Of a stretch of 42,832 nt of DNA, positions 25,415-31,874 are shown piece after piece. The stretch comes from a virus. Numbering within the stretch: the stretch's first letter is position 1; every line of letters starts with the position of its first letter. The notes beneath the pieces were generated by a model. That model did not search any database. It saw nothing but the letters and a program-made list of their open reading frames with translations, and was not told the DNA's origin. Location: positions 1 through 42,832 of the IMG/VR virus record IMGVR_UViG_3300045988_147372; one strand, 5' to 3'. The position numbers were made by a program, and so were the translations under genes.

Positions 25415-26459
25415 TTATTTTCCCCGCCCTTAAAATTGCCTTAAATTCTTCATCTGCCATTTTGAAAAAGCCAAAATATTGTGTTCTTCTGTTAGGTCTC
25501 AATATTCCCTCAGTTAAAAGGTCGTGGCGCGTTATTCTCTTATTAAGAGGAAGATTATATAAAAATCGAATCACTTGGCTGTATTGTTTAGACTTCCAAA
25601 ATGCATGAAGCTCATCTGTTGAAAAAATAGACCCTCGCCCGGCAAAACTCATAAAATCTTCTTCGTCAGTAAAACTATTAATATTTCTAACTTCATCAAT
25701 CACACAAACAGAAGTTACCACAGAACTATATTCGGCCGACTTTCCATAGTCCGCAGTTCTATAGATGACCATTTTATCACCATGATTTAACGCAGGAGTT
25801 CCGCTCATACTTGTTAGATAGGACTTTACAACACTATTGGCGGGAGAAATGTCTTCACGAACAAAGCTTTTTTCCGTGTTTAACTTAGAATCGGGAAACA
25901 TTCTTGTATGAAACCGGGGTTTAATACTAAGTAAGAACTTCCCACCATTCAGATCAAACTTAGGAAACTGAGCATATATGTCTCCACGATCATCCTTGTT
26001 GCGTACGAGAACATCTTCCCGTCCAATTCTATTTTGTTTGGTGCCGTATTTTTGAAACCCAAATTTTCTAAAAAGTTCTGGCAAGCCTTTCACGTCAGAA
26101 AACATCGTGACATAAACATCGTCAAAGCCTTCTTCTACGAAAGTCCGAAGAATAATTGCCATGAAACGATTACTGGTTGTGGCCAAATGGGCATTTATTT
26201 TAAAAGTGCCGACCTTTAGGTGCTTGCCATCTTTCAAGTTCGGATCAACATCTTTAACGATCCCTTCCTCCGACTTCAAATAAAGAAAGGCGTTTATCTT
26301 GTTTTCTTCAGAAAGAGAAACATAGGCCATCTCCCCACTAGCCGCTTTTTGTCGGAACCAATCATCAAACCCTTCATAATTCTCCCGTAAAGAGTTAAAA
26401 AAAACGTCAGTAAGGTTTATTTCCTCAAACTTTTCCAGTGCCAGATAATCATCATTCAT
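25386..26459 (-). CDS. Two-domain protein: N-terminal GNAT-like fold + C-terminal ASCH/EVE-like domain
   Basis: Start moved to MNDDYLALEKF behind RBS GAGGTGA. The N-terminal half ends ...VYVTMFSDVKGLPELFRKFGFQKYG (GNAT C-terminal pattern). The C-terminal half begins KFLLSIKPRFHTRMF, paralogous to the start of the downstream ASCH protein. Confidence 0.45.
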   Translation of the reverse strand: MNDDYLALEKFEEINLTDVFFNSLRENYEGFDDWFRQKAASGEMAYVSLSEENKINAFLYLKSEEGIVKDVDPNLKDGKHLKVGTFKINAHLATTSNRFMAIILRTFVEEGFDDVYVTMFSDVKGLPELFRKFGFQKYGTKQNRIGREDVLVRNKDDRGDIYAQFPKFDLNGGKFLLSIKPRFHTRMFPDSKLNTEKSFVREDISPANSVVKSYLTSMSGTPALNHGDKMVIYRTADYGKSAEYSSVVTSVCVIDEVRNINSFTDEEDFMSFAGRGSIFSTDELHAFWKSKQYSQVIRFLYNLPLNKRITRHDLLTEGILRPNRRTQYFGFFKMADEEFKAILRAGKINENFVVNKA

Positions 26460-26992
26460 TTTTATCACCTCACAAAAATAGTACACCAGCATGAACTGGA
26501 ATACTATATTGAGGTGATATCTGATGTTCTTGGAGTGATAGGCTCCAAAGCGAACGGGCGGAGTTGCACCGCCCCGTTTCAGCATTGCTTAACCGGTATC
26601 AATGCCTTCCCTTGTCTGCTGATCGCATAATGCGCACGGCCTCGATCGTTAACCGTACGGCTTCTGGCTGTTCACCCTTGTCAACCAGCGACCAACTTTG
26701 AGTGGCTGGCAGGACTTTCACCCGCTGTATCTTCCATCAGCCACGCTCGCTCTCCCAGTGTCAGATGGGGTCATCGCAAGCTGTGTCCGGTCGCTAAACT
26801 GGACAATGTGGCATGCGGGAATCAAACCCACCTGACTATCTCAGCCAGTCCATTTGCCACGCCTTGCCACAGCTTTATCATCACTGAGGCTCGGAGGAAA
26901 AATGCGGTGTCTCAGGTTTCTCATCTTTGGCACAATACCATAATACTGCCTATAAACGATCTTTTGGGGGCTTTTTCGGGGCCCAAAAGGGG
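26460..26992 (-). ncRNA. ~530-nt ORF-free, GC-rich structured leader / candidate large ncRNA
   Basis: No credible ORF in any frame. Hand counts on 60-nt lines give 52-60% GC at 26581..26760, against 32-35% in the adjacent CDS. Contains a strong hairpin AACGGGGCGG-ugcaacu-CCGCCCGUU, a tRNA-like element (26807..26860), a GGGGCTTTTTCGGGG direct repeat and the RBS-sequestering helix. Confidence 0.45.
26463..26519 (-). promoter_or_regulatory. 10-bp helix sequestering the RBS of the GNAT-like gene
   Basis: TATCACCTCA (26463..26472) and TGAGGTGATA (26510..26519) are perfect reverse complements 37 nt apart. In the minus-strand RNA the 3' arm contains the GAGGUGA SD, 3 nt before the AUG. Confidence 0.55.
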
Positions 26993-27430
26993 CTAATTCG
27001 GGGCTTTTTCGGGGTTTTTGAAAACCAATAGATTTTCTCCTTGATAGGCTTCTGCAAATTCTAACAGCGCTCGGTTCTTAAGCTTCTTGATTGATTCTCT
27101 TGAGTAACCTTGCATGCGATAAGCAATCTGGTCATAAGTCAGTACCTCTTTGTTGCAGTATGAATAAAACAGCGTCCAGAAGCTTGTGGTTGTTAGCGCC
27201 ATCAATGCATTCTCAATCAGTTCAACGCTAATACGAGCACTGACGACTTTTGCCACTTTACCATCTACTGAATTATTTACTGAATGTGTCTTTGGCATAC
27301 CATCTATAACGGGTGATTTAATGTCAGACAAATAGACACCGCCGATACGTGATAGCGTTCGGAAGTCTTTCAATATCTCTCTTGCCTTTGTACGTGTCGA
27401 ATTTTCGTCTATTTCTGGAATTAACGTCAT
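26993..27430 (-). CDS. ArpU-family phage late transcriptional regulator
   Basis: Start moved to MTLIPEIDENSTRTKAREILKDF behind RBS GGGGTGG. The C-terminal sigma-r4-like YDQIAYRMQGYSRESIKKLKNRALLEFAEAY is typical of ArpU. Confidence 0.7.
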   Translation of the reverse strand: MTLIPEIDENSTRTKAREILKDFRTLSRIGGVYLSDIKSPVIDGMPKTHSVNNSVDGKVAKVVSARISVELIENALMALTTTSFWTLFYSYCNKEVLTYDQIAYRMQGYSRESIKKLKNRALLEFAEAYQGENLLVFKNPEKAPN

Positions 27431-27512
27431 CGGTAGGCCACCCCTTATGGTATAATGAATTTGCCTAAAACTCATCGGGAAGGCGTGCCGTAATGGTGCG
27501 CTTTTTTGATGC

Positions 27513-27665
27513 TTAGAGATTAATACTTCGATCGATTAGTTCATCTAATGTATATTTACCGCCCCATCGGTCACGTTCCTTTTGTTGGGCAATCTTTCTC
27601 TCGTTGGCCAAACGCGCGGCTTTCATGCGTCGATGCTTCTTTTTAATGACTGATTTCTTTTTCAT
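27513..27665 (-). CDS. 50-aa highly basic protein
   Basis: MKKKSVIKKKHRRMKAARLANERKIAQQKER... behind RBS GGGAGGG. Confidence 0.45.
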   Translation of the reverse strand: MKKKSVIKKKHRRMKAARLANERKIAQQKERDRWGGKYTLDELIDRSINL

Positions 27666-27693
27666 TTGACCCTCCCAGCGATTTCGACTAAGC

Positions 27694-28047
27694 CTATAAA
27701 TCAAAGACAATGGTTGCTGGCTCTTTAACGTGGCCTTTGAATACTGGCTTCTTGCTGTTGGAGATTTTAGCCAATAACTGGCTCAGCTCAGAGCGGCAGA
27801 TAATTCCGCTTTTCTTCAACCCAGTTGTGGCAATCACAACTCCTCTTGCGTCCGCCGGGGCTGCTAATACCGCCAGTTGCGTTTGATTGTCGTCAATGCC
27901 AAATTGCAAGGCTTTGAAGTCACCCAACGCTGCACGTGCTTTGGAATTAAGAGATAGTCTGTTTTCAGTAACTGACAGTGCTGGGTATGGTAAAGTTGTA
28001 AATCCCGTCTTGGCGCTCAAATCGATTGTTTTAAAGCCTTTGATCAT
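27694..28047 (-). CDS. Hypothetical protein
   Basis: 117-aa ORF with RBS GAAGGAA. No motif recognised. Confidence 0.5.
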   Translation of the reverse strand: MIKGFKTIDLSAKTGFTTLPYPALSVTENRLSLNSKARAALGDFKALQFGIDDNQTQLAVLAAPADARGVVIATTGLKKSGIICRSELSQLLAKISNSKKPVFKGHVKEPATIVFDL

Positions 28048-28081
28048 TTTTAGTTCCTTCTTTCTGTGATATACTTACCTT

Positions 28082-28135
28082 TCAAATAATTCGGTTTGAT
28101 AGACTGAGTCGTCCTGTTAATCCGGGGCGACTTTT
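28082..28135 (+). ncRNA. Array B unit 0: predicted ~54-nt RNA
   Basis: TGaTATACT at 28067..28075. Terminator stem 28107..28132 plus T4. Confidence 0.35.
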
Positions 28136-28149
28136 GCTATACTTTGTTT

Positions 28150-28242
28150 TGGAGGCGCTTTCTTATGCGTATTAACCTTATAAGTTGGGGAATAAATCTG
28201 CTTCAAGCACCTCCCGCGCGTTGCTTATGTAACGCGCTTTTT
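28150..28242 (+). ncRNA. Array B unit 1: predicted ~93-nt RNA
   Basis: TGcTATACT at 28135..28143. 5' GGAGGCGC (28151..28158) pairs with GCACCUCC (28207..28214). Terminator GCGCGTT/AACGCGC + T5 at 28216..28242. Confidence 0.45.
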
Positions 28243-28255
28243 GCTATACTGCTTG

Positions 28256-28346
28256 CGGAGACCAACTCCTTTTATAAAGATTCCATTTGACATCTTATGT
28301 GTGTTTCACTGGCCTCCGGCATGCCACTAATGTGGCGTGCTTTTTT
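28256..28346 (+). ncRNA. Array B unit 2: predicted ~91-nt RNA
   Basis: TGcTATACT at 28242..28250. 5' CGGAGaCC (28256..28263) pairs with GGcCUCCG (28311..28318). Terminator 9 bp + T6 at 28319..28346. Confidence 0.45.
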
Positions 28347-28394
28347 GATGCTTTTAAATGTACTTTCGATATTTGTGTTTGCTATACTGATTAA

Positions 28395-28483
28395 GGAGGC
28401 AGCCTCTATTGTGGCGAAATTCATTACTTACATCTCTTAGCTAAATCTGCCTCCAGCGCGTCCTTCATCAGACGCGCTTTTTT
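28395..28483 (+). ncRNA. Array B unit 3: predicted ~89-nt RNA
   Basis: TGcTATACT at 28380..28388. 5' GGAGGCAG (28395..28402) pairs perfectly with CUGCCUCC (28447..28454). Terminator AGCGCGTC/GACGCGCT + T5 at 28455..28483. Confidence 0.5.
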
Positions 28484-28498
28484 GTGCTACACTTTCCT

Positions 28499-28580
28499 TG
28501 GAGTGTCCCTATAAAAAATCTGATGCTATTGGGGCAATTTGTCTACACTCCAGAGCGTGCTTTCGTCCAGCACGCTTTTT
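28499..28580 (+). ncRNA. Array B unit 4: predicted ~82-nt RNA
   Basis: TGcTACACT at 28485..28493. 5' UGGAGUGU (28499..28506) pairs perfectly with ACACUCCA (28545..28552). Terminator AGCGTGC/GCACGCT + T run at 28554..28580. Confidence 0.5.
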
Positions 28581-28582
28581 GT

Positions 28583-28732
28583 TTACCCAAATGCGGCCTT
28601 CCAGAGCACCCGTACAACCCAGCACCCCACAAGAATGAAAACTGCTGTCGTGAATGCACAGCCTACGAAACAACCACCTAACAATCCGGTTTCCACAAGC
28701 CTTTCTGACTTAGATTGACGATCATCAGTCAT
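28583..28732 (-). CDS. 49-aa single-TM membrane peptide
   Basis: MTDDRQSKSERLVETGLLGGCFVGCAFTTAVFILVGCWVVRVLWKAAFG behind a strong RBS GGAGGG (5-nt spacer). It overlaps the end of the methyltransferase fragment by 8 nt. Below the ORF-track cutoff. Confidence 0.5.
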   Translation of the reverse strand: MTDDRQSKSERLVETGLLGGCFVGCAFTTAVFILVGCWVVRVLWKAAFG

Positions 28733-29045
28733 GGCTTCCCTCCATCATTTCCGGCCAGAGGTCGCGGTCATCTTTCGTGCCTTTTCGCTTCCCGGCAATA
28801 CTGAAAGGTTGGCAAGGGAAGCCTCCGGAAACAATGTCAATTGAGTCAGGGCTGATTCCTGCATTTGTGAGTTCTTCTCGATCAAGTTTTGTCACGTCCT
28901 TAAAAAGTGGCACATCTGGCCAGTGCTTCTGTAAAATCATGCGCGGATATTCTGCGTACTCACACAAACCGGCCACTTCAATTCCAGCCATTTGTTCAGC
29001 CAATGCGATGCCACCAATTCCTGCAAATAACTCTAGCGATCTCAT
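28725..29045 (-). pseudogene. Truncated DNA (cytosine-5)-methyltransferase (N-terminal 106 aa only)
   Basis: Motif I LFAGIGG and motif IV GFPCQPFS are present. The ORF stops after DLWPEM, before motifs VI (ENV), VIII, IX and X that all active C5-MTases carry. Confidence 0.7.
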
Positions 29046-29056
29046 TAATTGGCCTC

Positions 29057-29440
29057 CTAAAGTTGTTCTTCCGTGAATAGCCCTGTGTGATAGTCATATC
29101 TGGCAATCGTGATCGGGATTTTGTAGCGGATCATGAACAGCAGCATTCGCAGTCTGGCATCGGTGGTCAAAGTAGCGTCTCCGCCTTTAACGTCAACAAC
29201 TTTTGTCAAATCTTCACCGTCGTAGAAGCAGTAGTCGGGTGTGTATTTGCGTGCTGAATAACGTTTGCCATTGATCTTGAATGCTGACAAAATCTCAAAC
29301 GATTCTTGGATCGTTACCTTCTGGGGCGTGTTGCGTATCAGCATGTAATAGGCGCCCTCTGCTTTGCTTGCGAATCGAATGCCATCAATCACAACCGGTT
29401 GCGCGTTGTATTTGCCTCTGCGTCTCTTGCGGATAACCAT
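29057..29440 (-). CDS. DUF1064-like (PD-(D/E)XK-type) phage nuclease
   Basis: KYNAQPVVIDGIRFASKAEGAYY...YTPDYCFYDGEDLTKVVDVKGG matches the DUF1064 pattern (KY.N.k..vDGi.FdSk.E...Y ... Y.pDF ... DvKG). Confidence 0.65.
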   Translation of the reverse strand: MVIRKRRRGKYNAQPVVIDGIRFASKAEGAYYMLIRNTPQKVTIQESFEILSAFKINGKRYSARKYTPDYCFYDGEDLTKVVDVKGGDATLTTDARLRMLLFMIRYKIPITIARYDYHTGLFTEEQL

Positions 29441-29442
29441 GG

Positions 29443-29892
29443 CTAACGACTAGCAATCTCTTCATGGCCGTTGTTACGGCTTGGCAACTTGATCTGGAAG
29501 TCTTCAGCGACAGCTAAAATAAATGACCGTGACTTCCCAACACGTTTTGCAACCTCTGTTAGTGTTTTGCTATTGCTTGCCGCCTCAGCAACTTTCACTG
29601 CATACTTCTTACGATTAGCTTCTCCACGTTTGTTGACAGCCTTGATGCTGCTGATCAGTGCCACTGAAGGCATATCTCGATTATCAACACCGGATACCGC
29701 ACGTTTCTCGACAATCGCTTTCTTTGATACAACGATCCGGTTGTTGAACTCTTGCTTCTCGATTTTTGAGAATGCTTTGCTTTTCGAGATGTCTAGCATT
29801 GCTGAGTTTTCATAGCGCTTAAGCAACTTTGCTTTGAAGTCGCGCCACACTTTGTCGCCTTGCTTGTATAAACGCACTGTTATTTGTGTCAT
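29443..29892 (-). CDS. Hypothetical protein with possible C-terminal HTH
   Basis: 149-aa ORF. C-terminal SKTLTEVAKRVGKSRSFILAVAEDF looks HTH-like. Confidence 0.45.
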   Translation of the reverse strand: MTQITVRLYKQGDKVWRDFKAKLLKRYENSAMLDISKSKAFSKIEKQEFNNRIVVSKKAIVEKRAVSGVDNRDMPSVALISSIKAVNKRGEANRKKYAVKVAEAASNSKTLTEVAKRVGKSRSFILAVAEDFQIKLPSRNNGHEEIASR

Positions 29893-30104
29893 GCTTTCTT
29901 CTCTCCCTGCTTATCAGGCCTCAGTTCGTCAAGGCTAACGCCTAGAGCGTCTGCAATTCGTATCATCGTTGAAAATGACGGATCTTTAATGCCGCCGGAT
30001 CTAATCATGTATAAAGTTGATGGGTTGTTATATCCTGCTAAATCAGCTAATTCTGGGATGCTAATTGATCGACCGTCTAAAATATTTTGAACAGAATCCC
30101 ACAT
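29889..30104 (-). CDS. XRE-family HTH regulator
   Basis: SIPELADLAGYNNPSTLYMIRSGG...STMIRIADALGVSLDEL. RBS GAGGTGA. Confidence 0.65.
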   Translation of the reverse strand: MWDSVQNILDGRSISIPELADLAGYNNPSTLYMIRSGGIKDPSFSTMIRIADALGVSLDELRPDKQGEKKA

Positions 30105-30138
30105 GTTGTGTCACCTCAATATGTTTTAATACAGTATG

Positions 30139-30195
30139 TTGTATAAGACATACATTTTTGATATACTAGGTTTACAGGTTACTGTAATGACCTGT
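30139..30195 (+). promoter_or_regulatory. Near-consensus promoter plus palindromic operator-like site
   Basis: TTGTAT (30139..30144) -17 nt- TATACT (30162..30167). ACAGGT-N10-ACCTGT inverted repeat at 30174..30195, between the -10 box and the RBS. Confidence 0.55.
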
Positions 30196-30220
30196 AATAA
30201 ATTAGATGGGAGGACTATTG

Positions 30221-30340
30221 ATGGCAAAAACAAAGTCAAGTGTTCGCGGAACGCAACGGAAGAAAATTGTTGTTGTAAAGCCGTATATCAAGTCTAGCGG
30301 GACTCACGTTGACGGCTATCGGCGTTCCACACCAAACTAG
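30221..30340 (+). CDS. 39-aa highly basic peptide on the strand opposite the replication module
   Basis: MAKTKSSVRGTQRKKIVVVKPYIKSSGTHVDGYRRSTPN. RBS GGGAGG. Has its own promoter and a strong downstream terminator. Confidence 0.5.
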   Translation: MAKTKSSVRGTQRKKIVVVKPYIKSSGTHVDGYRRSTPN

Positions 30341-30362
30341 TTTTAACAGTCATGCTTTAATT

Positions 30363-30401
30363 ACTCCTTTAGGGTCTAAGGTTTCCCTGAGGGAGTTTTT
30401 T
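30363..30401 (+). terminator. Strong intrinsic terminator
   Basis: ~12-bp stem ACTCCTTTAGGG / CCCTGAGGGAGT, 10-nt loop, T6 run. Confidence 0.65.
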
Positions 30402-30411
30402 GTCATTTTCA

Positions 30412-30897
30412 TTAAAATGGCAAATCATCATCGGAAATATCGAGCGGCTGGCCATTATTAGCAAACGGATCCGTGGTATTCGCTCGCGAAGCATTTGGAG
30501 TCGTTTGACTCGCGTTTGTGGTCGCTGCCGCTGATGCATTGGCTGTTTGCTGTGAGTTAGGGCTGTTCTGAGACGTCTGTCGTGACTCAAGCAAAGCAAA
30601 ATTATCAACGATTACCTCGGTCACGAATACTTTCTGTCCTTGCGCGTTATCATACGTACGCGTTTGTATATGGCCTTCGATGCCAACAAGTGCACCCTTG
30701 TGAGTGAAGTTTGCAAAGTTCTCAGCCGACTTGCGCCAGATCTGGCAATTTACGAAATCAGTTTCTCGTTCTCCGTTTTTGCTCTTGAATTTGCGATCAA
30801 CTGCCAGTGTGAATGATCCTACCGCTGTGCCACTTTGCGTGTAACGCAAATCAACATCTCTTGTCAGTCGGCCTGTTAGTGAGACACTGTTTAGCAA
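30412..30897 (-). CDS. ssb: Single-stranded DNA-binding protein
   Basis: OB-fold N-terminus LNSVSLTGRLTRDVDLRYT. Acidic tail DISDDDLPF. TTG start behind GGAGGG. Confidence 0.9.
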   Translation of the reverse strand: MLNSVSLTGRLTRDVDLRYTQSGTAVGSFTLAVDRKFKSKNGERETDFVNCQIWRKSAENFANFTHKGALVGIEGHIQTRTYDNAQGQKVFVTEVIVDNFALLESRQTSQNSPNSQQTANASAAATTNASQTTPNASRANTTDPFANNGQPLDISDDDLPF

Positions 30898-30909
30898 TAT
30901 GCTTCCCTC

Positions 30910-31863
30910 CTAATTCTTTTCGCCGAGTTTATTGAGCTGTTCAAGTTGTTCAGCCAGCTTTGCCCGCTGTTCGGGCGTTACTTCATGCTTTGGTTCCTGA
31001 TATCCAGGCTTTAACCAGTCAGGTTCTTTATCAACGCGCTCTGGCTTGCCGTAACGCTGTGGGCCTGTGTAGTTAGCCCTAGCCGTTTCTTCGTGTTTTT
31101 TTGATTCGGCTTCGGCTTGCTCAACAGTTTTAATTTTTCGCTCTGTGTAGCCGTCAAATACTTTCGCTAAATATCGATCAGCGCCTTTTGCTTTGACATC
31201 TTTACGGGCTGCATACTTAATGACCCAGCAAACCAAATCATCTCCAAAATCACCGATCCACTCTTCCAGATCTTGTGTGGCAATGGCATTGGGGAATCCC
31301 CAAACGTTTTGCCAGAGCAAACGCGCATTCTCGTGTACACGAACGCCCGCCTGACTGTCTGTTTTATTTTTATTTACTTTACTTTCCTTTACTTTACTTT
31401 TTGGATTATCGACACCCGAAACCCTATTTGAGCTGAAGTTATCGGCGCCCACAACTGGGTTATTGACGTCCGAAACCCCATTAATGAGGTCAATATCTTT
31501 TCTTAGTTCGTTTTCTTTACGCTTTCCAGTGATATTCTGGTAGCGCTTCTGAATGCCTCGGCTTGTCAGAATTTTAAGCCCAGAGAATATCTCCGAATCG
31601 AAAAACCCAACTTGAGTGGACTTCTCCACGACTGCTTGTACATACGATTCCTTGACCCCAACATCGTCAGCAATCAAGAACCGAGCATCTTCGTCCCACA
31701 GCATGTAATACCCTTCGTCTCCGTAGATATTACCGAGTAAGCAGATGAGTACAGCAATTGAAGAAGCTCCGTTAGCACGCAAGATCTTACGAACTTTCAT
31801 ATCTCGTAATGAATCAACATCCCACGGAAAATAATCAACACCGTGTTTCAATGGTCTTGCCAA
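30910..31863 (-). CDS. Replication initiation protein (DUF4373-like N-terminus + DnaD-like C-terminus)
   Basis: TTG start behind GGAGGTG gives LARPLKHGVDYFPWDVD... The C-terminal region WIGDFGDDLVCWVIKYAARKDVKAKGADRYLAKVFDGY is DnaD-like. Confidence 0.6.
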   Translation of the reverse strand: MARPLKHGVDYFPWDVDSLRDMKVRKILRANGASSIAVLICLLGNIYGDEGYYMLWDEDARFLIADDVGVKESYVQAVVEKSTQVGFFDSEIFSGLKILTSRGIQKRYQNITGKRKENELRKDIDLINGVSDVNNPVVGADNFSSNRVSGVDNPKSKVKESKVNKNKTDSQAGVRVHENARLLWQNVWGFPNAIATQDLEEWIGDFGDDLVCWVIKYAARKDVKAKGADRYLAKVFDGYTERKIKTVEQAEAESKKHEETARANYTGPQRYGKPERVDKEPDWLKPGYQEPKHEVTPEQRAKLAEQLEQLNKLGEKN

Positions 31864-31874
31864 GCGATCACCTC

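Noticed and set aside
26807-26870. Possible tRNA gene on the minus strand (T-arm GTGGG-TTTGATT-CCCGC, acceptor-like GTGGCAA/ATGCCAC)
   Set aside because: The element is only 54-63 nt long and has no D-arm. The variable region is 2 nt. The putative anticodon loop GCUGAGA lacks U33, and one acceptor pair is mismatched. I treat it as a tRNA-like element or tRNA 3'-half remnant inside the leader, not a functional tRNA.
26808-26996. 62-aa plus-strand ORF in the GC-rich leader
   Set aside because: No RBS is present, it is antisense to the proposed RNA, and its composition is not protein-like.
28067-28580. Reading the repeated hairpin units (both arrays) as a CRISPR array or solitary CRISPR-repeat mimics
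   Set aside because: There is no constant repeat sequence. The hairpin stems differ from unit to unit, unit lengths vary (54-106 nt), and each hairpin has a U-run typical of intrinsic terminators. I cannot exclude mimicry of a host repeat without the host genome.
28484-28681. 65-aa plus-strand track ORF (MLHFPWSVPIKNLM...)
   Set aside because: No RBS is present. The ORF starts inside a -10 box, runs through an intrinsic terminator, and has Cys/Pro-rich unnatural composition.
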